DNA of 64,000 nucleotides. Source: Mytilus edulis (lineage: Eukaryota). The number at the start of each line of letters is the position of its first letter. The first letter of the stretch is position 1. The DNA lies in NCBI RefSeq assembly GCF_963676685.1, contig NC_092344.1, forward strand, positions 67,270,001 to 67,334,000, read 5' to 3'. This document shows positions 51,129-64,000 of this stretch, piece after piece. The notes beneath the pieces are model-generated. The model was given only the letters and a program-made list of their open reading frames with translations. It was not told the DNA's origin and did not search any database. The translations under genes and the position numbers were made by a program.

Positions 51129-52729
51129 GTTTTTACCTTGAATTTTATTTTGGTAATCGATTAACGATATTTGAACATCGATAAACTGCTGTTGCGCCTA
51201 TTTCTTTGTTCTTCGATTGTTCTAACGCATGTGTACCATCTCCCATTATTCTGCATTTGTGTTTCCAATATTAACCTATTTCTAAGATTCCTTTCCAATT
51301 GACCAGTTCATATGCCGTCTCGCTTCGTTTTCAAATTTGAAACGAAAAGTCACAGATGTACCCTTATACCTTCATATTGGAATGCTGAAGCAATATTGAT
51401 AGATAAAATGATTTATGAGTCACAATAAAAAAAAAGCAGATACAAATCTGACATATTATATTTTCTATATTAGTGAAATAAATTGTAAGATAATTGACTG
51501 TAAAAATCACCGTGAAATAGTACGGTGGTGTTTTATTATATATTTATTACTAAATTTGCATACAATTAGATAGTATCAAAATTCAGTAAAATGTCTCATT
51601 TTCTTCGAATAACATACTCCTAATAAAGAAATTCCTAAAATGTATATTATTTTACAATACTTGCCACACATTGAGATTGAAAGTATTGATTGTGTCAACT
51701 ATCCTCCCATTCACTTTGTATTTTTTTTTAAATTTGAATGTCATATTGAATACTCCCTTAAATCGAAAAGACCTAAAGCCTTTAACATTTGATCTCGGAA
51801 CTCGCGATAACTGCATTTTTTAATTTACAAGAAGGTAACACCTGCAAACAATTGTCTGTAAAAGTGCGAGCGAATAAAAATACCATATATCATTTTTTTT
51901 TTAACAATCTTTCTTTGTAAAGTTCGTAAATAAATGTACAGTTTTATGTGAATTTCAACCTTTGTTGGGTAGCTTAGCTTTTCTTGCTGATTCAATGACA
52001 CAAATTAAGACTGTATATCTCTTAGTTATTAAGATATTCGACGACTTTCCTGTTGCGATTTCCCTTTAAGAGATCATTGCTTACAATGAAGTGTTTGAAC
52101 CAAGGGTTCCTAATGATAGAGTTGTCAGCAATTCTAAATTGGTTCGAACACCATCTCGTTGTTAGCACAACTCCGTCCTGGATTCATTAGTTGTGACACA
52201 GCAAATGGTCAAGTCATCACTGAACGTTTACTTGTTTTTAGCGACACAACATATTCGAATAGAGTAGTAGAAATCCTTGACACAAACGGAGCACATCTAA
52301 TTATTTGGTCTTCGATGGTTTTTGTGTTACTTTTCTTTAGTTTTCTGTGTCGTATTTTGTTGATTGATTATTTGTCAGTTCGTTGTTTTTCTTATGACCA
52401 TGGTATGTTCCATTTCCTCTTCGATTTATGATTCTGACTGTTACCTTTATACATTTTTCTCCTTTTTAAACACTATTGCACTTACACCAAATACAATTTT
52501 CCACAACTTATTACGTCCCTTACATGTGTTGTCATGTTATCATGTACATTTGAAAAAGATAACATATTGACTGTCGGAGGAATATTCTCGAAGATATATA
52601 CGTTTTAAAGAAGAAAACATTGAAACATAGTTCAATTATGCCCGCTCATTATTTTTCTCTTACTACCTTCCGTTGGTGTTTACAATTCATTTTGTATTGG
52701 TTGTTGGTTTTTTTGTTTTTTTGGTGAGG

Positions 52730-53435
52730 GGTATATCCATTCATTTTGATCTTGATTTCTATTCTATATCCATTTCCTCTGTTCTTTATTTGTTTTTGTA
52801 TATTCATTCCCTCTGTTCTTTATTTCTTTGAAATATCTATTACCTTTATTCTTTATTTATTCGGTATATCCATTCACGTTGTTCTTCATTTATTTGGTAT
52901 ATCCATTCCCATTGTTTTTTTATTTCTTTGGTATATCCATTCTCATTGTTCTTTATTTCTTTGGTATATCCATTCCCATTGTTCTTCATTTCTTTGGTAT
53001 ATCCATTCACATTGTTCTTCATTTCTTTGGTATATCCATTCCAATTGGTCTTCATTTATTTGGTATATCCATTCACATTGTTCTTCATTTATTTGGTATA
53101 TCCATTCCAATTGGTCTTCTTCATTTATTTGGTATTTCCATTCACACTGTTTTTCATTTATTTGGTATATCCATTCACACTGTTCTTCATTTATTTGGTA
53201 TATCCATTCACACTGTTCTTTCTTTATTTGGTATATCTATTCCTTTTTCTGGATTTCTTTGGTATATGCAATTCATCTGTTCTTTATATCTTCATTTATT
53301 TGGTATATCCATTCACACTGTTCTTCATTTATTTGGTATATCCATTCACACTGTTCTTTCTTTATTTGGTATATCTATTCCTTTTTTTCTGGATTTCTTT
53401 GGTATATGCAATTCATCTGTTCTTTATATCTTATA
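52730..53435. repeat. 33-bp minisatellite, about 20 units, with a terminal 138-bp higher-order duplication
   Basis: Unit tttctttggtatatccattcacattgttcttca. The block at 53164 is repeated at 53302. Confidence 0.93.
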
Positions 53436-56400
53436 TCTAATTCAGTGTACAGAAAATGAAAAAAAAATTTAACTTTATACATCCTAATGGATCATTTGTG
53501 AGAAATATTTTTTTCAATACATTGATGGTTATTGACACCCTTAAAAGATTATGTTATTTTTTTTTATTCAGATAACAATAATTAACATAGAGTTCAATAA
53601 CTACAAAGTCATATCTTCAGCATGACAAAAACTGCATATCAAAACCTTTACGACTTACGACTGAGAAAGATAGCATTCGTCCGAATCCCCCATCGAATCA
53701 TAAGAGTTTATCAGCCTTGTCTCCCTTTATATTTCTATGTCTCAACCCATTTAGTTAACATCAGGACGTGTCAATACACATACTATGAATAAGATGAGAC
53801 TTTGGATGTATGATCTGATGTAGAATTAACAAAATCCTTTCAAGTTGAGAATACATAAGATAAAGCATACCCATCTTTTGAAGCAGATGTTCAAAAATAA
53901 AACTTATAATTTTTAACTGTCATGCCTTTTTATTTTGCTCACATATCGTTTTCAATATATTGGAATTATATGCAAGTGCCAACTGTCATACAGTTGAGAA
54001 GTTTAGCTAGCTGTATAACCTGGTTTTATCCACCATTTTTCTTAGGAAGGAAATGTGTGTGACAAATCAGGAATATGACAATTGTTTACGATTCGTTTAA
54101 TGTGTTTGTGCTATTGATTATGCCATTTGGTAAGGGACTTTCCTTTTTAAAATTTCCTTGGCGTTTGGTATGTTTTGAATTTTTTAGAAAACTATCTCTA
54201 TTACTGGCCAAATAATTAAGAAGTTTATATTGCCACTTTTAGGAAGAAACCCACTTCCTCTTGATTTTATATAATTTATTGAATGCAGATTTATTTTTTT
54301 AAATGATTTTCCTGTGCAATTTTTGATTGTTTATTAATACAATACATAATATAATTATTTTTTTTTCAAAATGAAAATATTTCTTTTATCTACGTTTTAG
54401 GTTTTAAAATAGATACCACGAATAACTCTTTCATCTCTTTATTGGTGGAAGATTATACGAAAGCTACATTAAATCATTTTAAAAAAGACAATATGGTATT
54501 TATGACATTTATGAGATATTAAGATAATTTAATGGTGGATTTAAATTATTATGGTATCATAGTGTGTCAGGATTGAAAGCCACTTCACCATGATGTCTCT
54601 ATCGTTTAATATAAAGCTAAGTTACAAACTCAAGAAATTGGAATGATAAATTCAATATAAATTTGATATTAACAAACGACCCCATTAGGAAGAATGATTT
54701 TTGATTGGATTTGGAGTCCCTGGTCACCGTGTAAAAGCAGGGTTAATTGTACAAAATGCATTTTAATAACTTTAATGGTAATTGGACAAATTCTTTTTTT
54801 TCCCATAGAACGGACATACAATTATCCACGGCATTTTTCCCCTTTGAACATAATGGTACTATATGTTCCTCGATTTTTAAATGCAACTTTTAAATGGAAT
54901 ATCGATACAAATGCTTTCTTAATTTCACACAAAATCACCCGGCTTATTATAGCGAGTGATAGAGAGTAGAGTTTACCAATATTAAAAGCACGGACATAAA
55001 TTTTGCTTTACGGTTAAAGAGCAGAAATAATTAAGAAGTCACAGTATGATTTAAATAATCATTTATAATGGCCCTGATAATGAAATAAAAATGTTTGAGA
55101 TGTTAAAAGAACTGTTAAGTGAGAAACCTTTTTTTTAAATTAAAGGATTCGGCGACATAAGACATTTTGAAATAATAGCTTTCAGATATAAAATCAATGA
55201 TAAAATAGTTTGTCACCTATCAGATTCAAATAGAAAAAGCGGAAAATATCATCAGGTAATGAAATTTAAATCAGCAATGATACAGTGAAATAAAAAAATA
55301 AAAAAGGAAATAGGGTTCTAAAATATTTTATTTGAAATATTAAATGTAAAACCTAAAAATGAAACCTTCCTAACTGCTCGAAAACTTATATCCCTTAACA
55401 AAGATGAAGTACTTTTATGTTTAACAAATAAAAATAAAAATATGTTAAAAGTAAAAGTAAAAGTAAAGCTGTAAACGCTTATGTGTCATTTTCTGACTTC
55501 TTACTACAGTGCATTTTTACCCTCTTATCAAACGAGTTTATTCCCTGATTATTTTTTATTTACTCTACAAGCAAATGATTAGCAACACATAACTGGTATT
55601 TTCAACGGTTTAATTTGTAATGGTGCTCTTATATATAATGAGGTTTATATTAGATTTTGTTTAATGATTCAAAAGGATCCTTAAAGTTGCAACATTTGAA
55701 CATCGATAAATTAATGCTGCCTCTTATCTGGATCAAAGACAATATACAAAACCCCCATTTTAAAGGATAAGATTAAAAAGGAGGAGTAAAATATATGTCA
55801 TCATAAATATTTTGTATATTATGTTGATTTCAATTGAATGAAATAGGCAATCTAACAGAGAGATATGTACGTGAGGTATATTTTAGTTTTCAAATGATAA
55901 TATATAAGTTCGATAATAAAGGGAAACAATGATATGGGGGAAATACCTTCAATACAAGGCATTCTCTTCTATTAAACTGGTTTAGGTAAAGAGTTGATTC
56001 TAAGTTTATTTTATTTTATGTCTTCCTAAAAATTAATGTTACATTTTTCTTTTTATCTTTCACAGTTTAATCTTAATGGTGTTCATAGACATTCATATTT
56101 GACATCTTTTTCTTTTCATAGATTAAAAGGATCCTTAAAATTGCTATATTTTAATCGATTCACTTACACTCGCTCTTTTAATCTGTCTTTCTTAATTCTA
56201 ATAAAATTGCAAATTAATTGGAAGGACGTGAAATTGATATCACGCAGGTCACCGATCAAATGAGCATGTCACTATTAAGAATGTAATGTGAAATTTAAAA
56301 TGGGTGAATTGAGACATTTGAAATGAATAATTATTATGAATTTAATAGCCTTCTTAAGAAACAAATAAACACTCAGTCTCCATTAAAATACTGTATACGT

Positions 56401-57922
56401 ATGTCATTTGCGAAATTCATGCTTTCTTTTTCTCATACATTTTACCAAAGCGGTTGTTAAATTTTACACCTGAGAGTGCTTACATTGTATTTATCAAAGC
56501 ATGTCCCAATTTAACGGTTGCTTTAATATTAATTTATTCACAAGGTTACAAATAATTTTTGCTGAATCATATCAACTGTAACGTTTTCAACATCTTCTGT
56601 CTTCACTCAAACTATATCGTAAAGCATATTCAAAGCAACAATTATGTTTATTGTTATAATAATAATTTCACTAGGTACGTTTTCATATAAATTGTCATAT
56701 ATGGCCCACAACAAAAGTAATTGAAATGTTAAGATAAGCAGTAAATGTTCATATCTTTATATAATTTTGAATGTCATTAAGACGCATTAGATACGTTGTA
56801 GTGTCACCTTTATCTGATTTTCACCAAGTACTAGTTGTCTTATTTCGAATACAATCTTTTGGATATGAAATATCAATAAACATAAACAATTTTTCCACTT
56901 CTGTTTTTAATTCTACATTAAAGAGTATGTTATACTAGTCCTTAGCCTTAACAACTGAAATATTTTTACTTGAAAATTTAAAACATAAAAATAGTTAACA
57001 GCAGCTTAAATATATTTCATTAAATTTGTTAGAATAGCATGATTTTCGACACCATTGATAAGCCAGGATGACCTTTTTTAAATGTTAAAATGTATTTCTA
57101 GTCCATACTTTGAGATTACAAAACACTGCATTTTAGTAAAGTATAATTAGAAAAGAATTAATACTTGAATACTTGAATTAATACTTGAATTAATACTAGA
57201 ATTTCTCGCTACATTGAAGACCTGTTGGTGACCCTCTGCTGTTGTTTTTTATTTGGTCGGGTTGTTGTCTCTTTGACACATTCCCCATTTCCATTCTCAA
57301 TTTTATTGATTTAATCCATAGGGAAGCTATTACATACATTTTTTTAAATGCTTTTGTTGCTAATGTACATTTTTGGGGGAATCCAAATTATCATCCAGAA
57401 CTATGACAACAATATATGATCAACTTTCCGTTGTGTTTATAGAAATAATTTCACAGGGGATTGTGGACAATTGCATATAGTATATATACGATCATAAGAT
57501 ACAATATAATTATGATATGTCGAATATATTGATACTTATATTTAGTTTCCAGTTCTAGATATACTTTAATAATGTTATATATATATATAATACTAGTATT
57601 TCAATTCAAATACGATCTTGTAGAGTTCCCCCTTTAAAATTCACATACTTAATACATTGTGAGTAGCACGTTGTAATCAATGTCTTTGTTATATTTATAT
57701 GATAATTGAAAGTATGTCACATTTTTATAAAACAATAAATCTGCCTATACCTTTCTTGTATTGGTGTGATTGTACATTAAAAATTGACATATAAACGATT
57801 ATTTCGGTTGAGATAAAAACAACAATGGAAAACTGAATGGACGCCTTTTATTTCTGATAGATGCAAAATAAATTACGAAGATAATAAGTTTGTATTTATA
57901 TTATTTTATGTTTTTTTTGTAG

Positions 57923-58245
57923 ATATAAACTGTGAGAAACAAGCTAACCGCAATAGTGAAGGTCCGGAGGAAGAGTTCCGTCTGGAGGACAGATTCCCAA
58001 GTTTAATTCGCACGAAAAGTGAAAACGAGGGAAAACGAAAGAATCTTCAAGAAAACAGACTGAAATCTCTACCTTATGACTATGACTCGTATTCAATAGC
58101 AAAACAATCTAACAGGCTGCCATTTCAATCTCATCACCATAGTTATGACTTAGCTGCACAACATTTTTCAAACATGTCTGATCTTTATTCTCCAGAAACA
58201 ATGAGAAGAAATCTACACTTCTTACAACGATTCCACACTAGCTGA
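57923..58245 (+). CDS. Poxn: Pox neuro probable last coding exon
   Basis: Acceptor ttttttttgtag, phase 1 matching the donor at 46754. 107 open codons (D)INCEKQANRNSEGPEEEFRLEDRFPSLIRTKSENEGKRKNLQENRLKSLPYDYDSYSIAKQ...FHTS then TGA, with AATAAA 190 nt downstream. Not in the ORF track. Linked by phase and position, not by homology. Confidence 0.75.
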
Positions 58246-58435
58246 TTATGGGGATGAACTTGACGATGAAGGAAAATCAAAATAAGAGATTAAAGAAAAA
58301 TCACTATATTGGTATTATGAATCCTATTATAATCATAAACGAAAAAAGACGTTTCATGAACAAGAAGTTACAAACCAAAATCAATCAGAACTGTGTTTCG
58401 TTGTTTATTTTTATATTGTGTATATTGTGAACGTT

Positions 58436-58441
58436 AATAAA
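58436..58441 (+). terminator. Polyadenylation signal AATAAA for Poxn (duplicated at 59207-59212)
   Basis: Canonical hexamer after the stop, preceded by a TGTA-containing U-rich tract. Confidence 0.55.
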
Positions 58442-60829
58442 GTATTCTCTTTTATACCCTATCTAATCTAAACCAGCTCTAAGCAAAAACGTGCAATGCA
58501 TTTAATAGCTTCTAATAAGCTTGACCATATTGTAAGCTGTAGGAATTGATTTTAGATGTTGCTACAGCTTCCTTGTATATTTTAAATGAATCTTGGTATA
58601 TACAATTGAGAATGGAATGTGTCATAGAGGCAACAACCCGACTAACAAGCAGAAAACAACCGAAGGTCACCAATGGGTCTTCAACACAGCTAGATAATCC
58701 CAAACCTGGAGGAGTGCTTCAGCTTGCCCCTTAACAAAAACGTTTTCTAGTTCAGTGATAATGGACGTCATACTAAACTCCAAAATAAATAAATGAACTA
58801 AAATTAAAAATCATATAAGACTAACAAAGGCCAGAGGCCCCTGATTGACAGATCAAAAATGCAGCGGGGTTAAATATGTTTTGTGATATCTCAACCCTCC
58901 CCTATACATGTAGCCAATGTAGAAAAACGAACATAAGGTTAATCGAACAGTAAAACTCAGTTTAAAAGAAGTTCGAGTCCGATATCATAATAGGTAACAA
59001 AAAGAAACTAAGCAAAATGACAATGATACATACATACATTAACAAAGGACTATTAGCTGTTACTGACATACCAGATCTCGACCTCAATAAAACTGATTGA
59101 AATATTGTGTCTTCATTATATATATATATATCCAGTACAATCCCTCCCGTTAGAGATTTAGTATTATACTGTTTTTTATTTTTATATTGTGTATATTGTG
59201 TACTTTAATAAAGAATTCTCTTTTGTGCCCTCGGTTAATTTAAAATCAGCTTTAAATGATAAAGCTTGTAAATATGTATGTTTCTTGTCCGGTTTTGGAT
59301 ATACTTTGGTCCTTTTTTGTTTTATTAGTTATTCAAGGTCTGTGCTCTGATTTCGATTTTCAAATAGTGTGACTTAAAGCATATTGCAGAGATATTATAT
59401 ATTGAAATACACATCTGGTGTAGTTACCTGACTTTGGGTCTATACCTCATGTCAGTCAACTAGTAGCCAGTTCTGTGGTAATGTCATAAAAATAAGAATA
59501 TTCTTTTATTGATATTTGCTGCTAACAGATGATTTTTAAATCTTTGTAAAGTACGGAATTTATTTCAAATTCTTTCAAGTAAATAAACTCATTATAGATA
59601 CCGGGCTTTAAATTTGTTATGTGTCAAACGCGTGTTTCGTCTACAAAAGACTAATCAGTGAAGCTTGAATCCAAAAAAGTTTAAAAGGCCAAATAAAGTT
59701 CGAAATTGAAGAGCATTGTTGACCAAACATTCTTAAAAGTTTTGCCAAATACAGCTAAGATTATCTATTCCTGAAATAGTAAAGCTTTAGTAATTAAAAA
59801 CTCGATAGTTGCATAAAATTCCATTAAAATGACAACGAATTGTGACAAAAACAAGCAGATATGATAGGTGTAAATGTCAGAAATAGGGAAACAGCAGTCA
59901 ACATTGTGTTATTATCTTAATCACTAAAAAAAAACCCAGAAAAATATAAAGAGAAAATATTTAAAAAGTAAAATCACAAAAATACTGAATTCAGAGGAAA
60001 ATCAAATCGGAATGTCCCTTATCACATGGCAAAATCAAATGACAAAACACATCAAAACCGAATGGACAACAACAAACGTTTATCATTGCACAAAAACACA
60101 ATTACGGGATGTCTAATTATAGAGCCACATCATATGTAACACCGAAACACAAAAAGGCAGAAAAAGCATATAAGCAAAAAAGGTAAGAATACAAAAATGA
60201 TAATAGAACAATGACGGGATGTACATGTATTAGAACAGAGCCACGATATTGTAACAAAGAAACATTAAAAGGCATATAGACAAAGCATATAAGCACAAAT
60301 GAAAGACAAAAATACAAAAATTATCAAAGATCAATAACACAATGATGGGATGCATAAGTACAGAGCCACGTCAAATGGATACCACCATAAACAGACTCGA
60401 CAGTAAAAGTCAGATTCATACAGATAAATATGCACGCTGAAGAACTATTGCAACATTTTTAGAGATCTTATGGTGACTTATTGCCCAATATTTCAATTGA
60501 TAGTCTTAAATTTGGCACCTCAATCTGTCGCCGTGTTATGAAGAAATTACTTCTCAGATTGATTTGACAAAATCACGGATTTAAGAAATCCATTGTTATG
60601 TAGATATCATTTTCGATTCGTGTCTACAAAACACTTACAAAATGAACGATAACTAAATTATAAACATTGCTGAATAAAGCGATCGTGAGAATGTCTTATT
60701 TACCTTTGTTGATGTAAAAACATCAATATTTTACTTTAAAATCAGATATCTGAACCTAAGTTGTAACAAACAGAGATATACTGCCTTTATATCTATGATA
60801 CCACCTTAATGATTTCATTTTTGAGCTCT

Positions 60830-61135
60830 AGCCCCGAGTATAAAAGGTTGTGGATTCAAACGGGTTAAACCAAATTGATATTTGCTACCTCTTCGCAAAT
60901 CACGAGGCATTAAAAAGTTAGAGCAAATACTGGTCGGCTTAAATTTAGAATAATGTATCTAAATGAGTTGACATATCTTCCCTCAGATAGTGAATTAGCA
61001 CGATACAAATCAAGGTCACCGTAACGTTTGTACAAATAAGGGTTCATAATATTTGGCGTTAACATTTTCCCGTCCTGAATATGCATTTAATATACCGCTG
61101 TTCGTTAAACCGCCATATATCCATCCATTATAATC
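60830..61135 (+). mobile_element. Decayed tRNA-derived SINE with a Meta-domain-like core
   Basis: B-box-like ggattcaaac, then attgatatttgctacctcttcgcaaatcacgaggcattaa...agcaaatactggtcggct, resembling the MetaSINE central domain as I recall it. Tail related to 39920-39985. Confidence 0.5.
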
Positions 61136-62978
61136 AGTATCTGAACCAATGATGCTGTAACAAACACCTGTATACTTGCTATACATAAAATGACATGTTA
61201 GAATTTTAGATACCAGAATCGTTGGATAATTTGTAATGTTACCGGTTGTCTTCTAATCCCGATTTAGATATTTTGACTGAGTGAGTATTCAGTTAAATTT
61301 ACCACCACTAAATCGATGTCACTGCTGGTAGAAGTTTTATTCCACGAGAGTTCCAGCAGCCCACTAGTCAGCACTTTTTTTGTTGACATGTGTTATCATA
61401 GACACAGCCATAATAAAGACTTCTTGGAATTTTATCGAAAAACTAAGGATTTTTTGGTTCTGGAAAAGATTACTACCTTGGTTGTATTTCTCAAAACCTT
61501 TCGTCATTTTGGTTTCTCAATGCTCTTCAACTTCGTATTTGGTTCTTTTAAGTTTTGTAAATCGAGCGTCACTGTTGAGTCTTTTGTGGACGAAACACGC
61601 GTTTGGTGTACAAACATGTATTACTGGTATCTTTGGTATGTTTATTAACAACCGCTCAGTCGATACCACCCTCCCACAGGGAATCATTAGTCGTGTAGTC
61701 AGTACTTCTGAATTATCATTGATATGGTTACTTGATAGTAAATTAACTGTTCACAAAAGTTTGAATTTTCGAAAAATTAAAAAAACAACAACACCAGAAA
61801 TAGATTTCCTCACTGTATTTGACAAAACCTTTCGGAGTAACGGGTTCCAAATGTTCTTAAACATACTTTATATAATAATTTAACTTTTGTGAATCGAGGG
61901 CTACCAATGAGTCTTGTGTAGACGAAACGAGCGCATGGCGTACAAAATTTAAATACTGGTATCTATAAAGAGCTAATTTTGATTTCGGGTGATGCATGAT
62001 AATACGAGACGCTTAAACTATCGAAACAAACTGTCTCGCTTCTTTTGGAGTTCATTCATTTCCCTCATTTTTTTGTACATTAATTGTTATTCTTGTTGCA
62101 ATTGATTTATGAGATTTAAACATCGGTAATCTACTCTCGACTTTTTATTTAATACCCTAACATTGTAAGAAATTTCGATATACTGCCTTACTATCTTATC
62201 TTATATAGTATTATATTTTTAGAAATATAAGTTGTAATTAGCATTGGTATACAGGCTTTATATATAGTATATCTAGACACATTACGTTGTAACAAGCATT
62301 GGTATTGATACGGCCAGAAATCACCTTTAAATTGTAGCCAGCAAAAGACAAATATCAATAACACATTTTTACAAGAGATATTATACTTATAGAAATGTCT
62401 TTTGATTATACAGGATTCTTCTCTTAACAGTGCGGCATTCAATGAAATATGTATGTCAAATAAGTTCACAATCTAGTTCCGTATATCGTGTTATTTTCGC
62501 TCATTTTCGCGGATAATACAAATTGCCAAAAATAAATTCCGCCAATTTAAAAGTGCACTTGCAATGTTATAGTATAAAAGTTTTGAATTCGCCTAAATAA
62601 TAACATCCAAAATATATTGTCTACCTTATTCAATGAAAATCCTGAAATTTTATACCCGCAATAACCCTCTATACGGTTTGAAGTTGTTCGTAAATAAAAA
62701 TCTAAATCCAACAACTCCAGACAACTTTTGAGAATACAGGTATATTAATTTCTATCTAAACTACTTTTGGTATCTCGATACTAAAAATGTCTCGGAAACT
62801 TCCAGATCACTGTAGAAGGGAACTCCTAGAAAACTGTAGACGTAAAACTTCAATAATACTGTAGAAGTTTAGATTACGCATCGTAGATCGTGATCATTCC
62901 GGAATTATTATGCAAGTGAAATAGAAATTTCTAATAATTCCATCAGTATCCATGATTGTTCCAGTGATTTCTAAACTC

Positions 62979-63290
62979 GGGACGAAAGATACCAGAGGGA
63001 CATTCAAATTCATTGATATAAAATAAACTCACAACGCCATGGCTACAAACGAAAAAGCCAAATTATAGTACAGAAGACACAACATCGACTTCCGGACGGG
63101 TAAACAGTTTATACTCAACATGTGGCACCCGTCGTGTTGCTGATGTTATTGCAAACCCGGTAAAAAGTGAAAAAGGAACGGGATTATAGTTACGACATAA
63201 GGGATATATCCGATATCATCAGTGCAACGGATATTCCATAATGGTCAACCAAATCGTGATGGCGTCCGTAAAATTTAAGAATGGATGATT
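62979..63290 (+). repeat. Interspersed repeat, longer copy of the 5315 family
   Basis: gggacgaaagataccagagggacattcaaattcat...caacgccatggcta followed by tgtggcacccgtcgtgttgct. Confidence 0.7.
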
Positions 63291-63520
63291 TTTAAACTAC
63301 AAAATTATTATACCATTATTTTGTAAACAAATAAAACCCAATTTTTAATATATTATGATTGTTATAAAGGCACACACAACAAATTAGGTCAAGATAAATA
63401 AACAAACTAATTACAATATCATATCAATATACAGCACTTATATTTAATATCTTAACTTGTGACTCTGTAACAAACATTGGTTCATTTCATAACTTATATG
63501 ACATATGACGTTGAAACAAA

Positions 63521-63961
63521 TAGAATCATATCCAAAACAGTATAGCTGTGGCCATTGATTGACGACCTTAAATAATCCCATTGACTGGGACAGATTAGGT
63601 GAACGTGTGTCTGTAACGACAACTGCTCACTACTTACTTATTATAGAATTTAAACTGTAGTGTCATCAAAAGGTTCTAAACGCCTTTAATATTAAAATAA
63701 TTCGAAAAATTAATCAGGAATAACTTTATGTTTTGATTTATATTATTGATATAAATTAAAACATCGTGTTATTCCTGATTAGTTTTTCTAATTTCTTTAT
63801 TTAGGTGTTGAGAACCTTTTGTGACCCCATAGTTTAAGTGTCTTTAACCAGTACATAGTGAGCAGCGGTCGTTACAGACAAACGTTCACATAATCTGCCC
63901 CAGTCAATGGCTTATTTTAAGGTCGTCAATCAATGGCCACAGCTACACTGTTTTGATTCTA
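63521..63961. mobile_element. Foldback MITE, copy 2
   Basis: Same family and near-palindromic structure as 1421-1867. Confidence 0.85.
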
Positions 63962-64000
63962 TACTGGTCATGTAGCTTAAGTTTAAAATGAGTCAAGATA

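Noticed and set aside
52746-53472. Long ORFs of 170-237 aa in three frames, resembling membrane or metal-binding proteins
   Set aside because: They come from a stop-free 33-bp minisatellite inside a Poxn intron, with no splice or homology support.
54401-54495. Possible extra Poxn exon after ttttag
   Set aside because: The best available donor gives phase 0, which is incompatible with the phase-1 last exon, and base composition is intron-like.
61316-61883. ORFs of 110 and 167 aa
   Set aside because: They lie within decayed copies of a dispersed repeat family also found at 31168, 33610 and 59583.

Overview
Eukaryotic, very AT-rich genomic DNA with GT-AG introns. The repeat families look like those of a bivalve, probably a mytilid mussel; this is my inference. 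Two spliced genes can be rebuilt on the + strand. The first is HSD17B10 (scully/MRPP2 short-chain dehydrogenase), with four coding exons at 3240-8152; its first coding exon was not securely located. The second is a Pox neuro (Poxn) paired-box gene with four coding exons at 42560-58245, predicted 309 aa and no homeodomain. Its first 13-nt coding exon and its last exon are absent from the ORF track. The rest is rich in repeats. There is a 5'-truncated LINE split by a PIF/Harbinger-type MITE that itself holds further insertions, and three Helentron-associated (HINE-like) elements carrying satellite arrays. There is also a TTAA-flanked Kolobok-like MITE, two copies of a foldback MITE, SINE remnants, and 62-bp and 33-bp tandem arrays. 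The most notable unexplained items are a 1.9-kb element in a Poxn intron with perfect 52-bp CACTGTG-ended TIRs containing a 30-bp palindrome and an atypical 6-bp target duplication, and a hidden spliced Cys-rich gene or pseudogene with a duplicated exon at about 26.8-27.9 kb. Most short ORFs in the supplied track are noise or repeat artefacts. No database searches were run.
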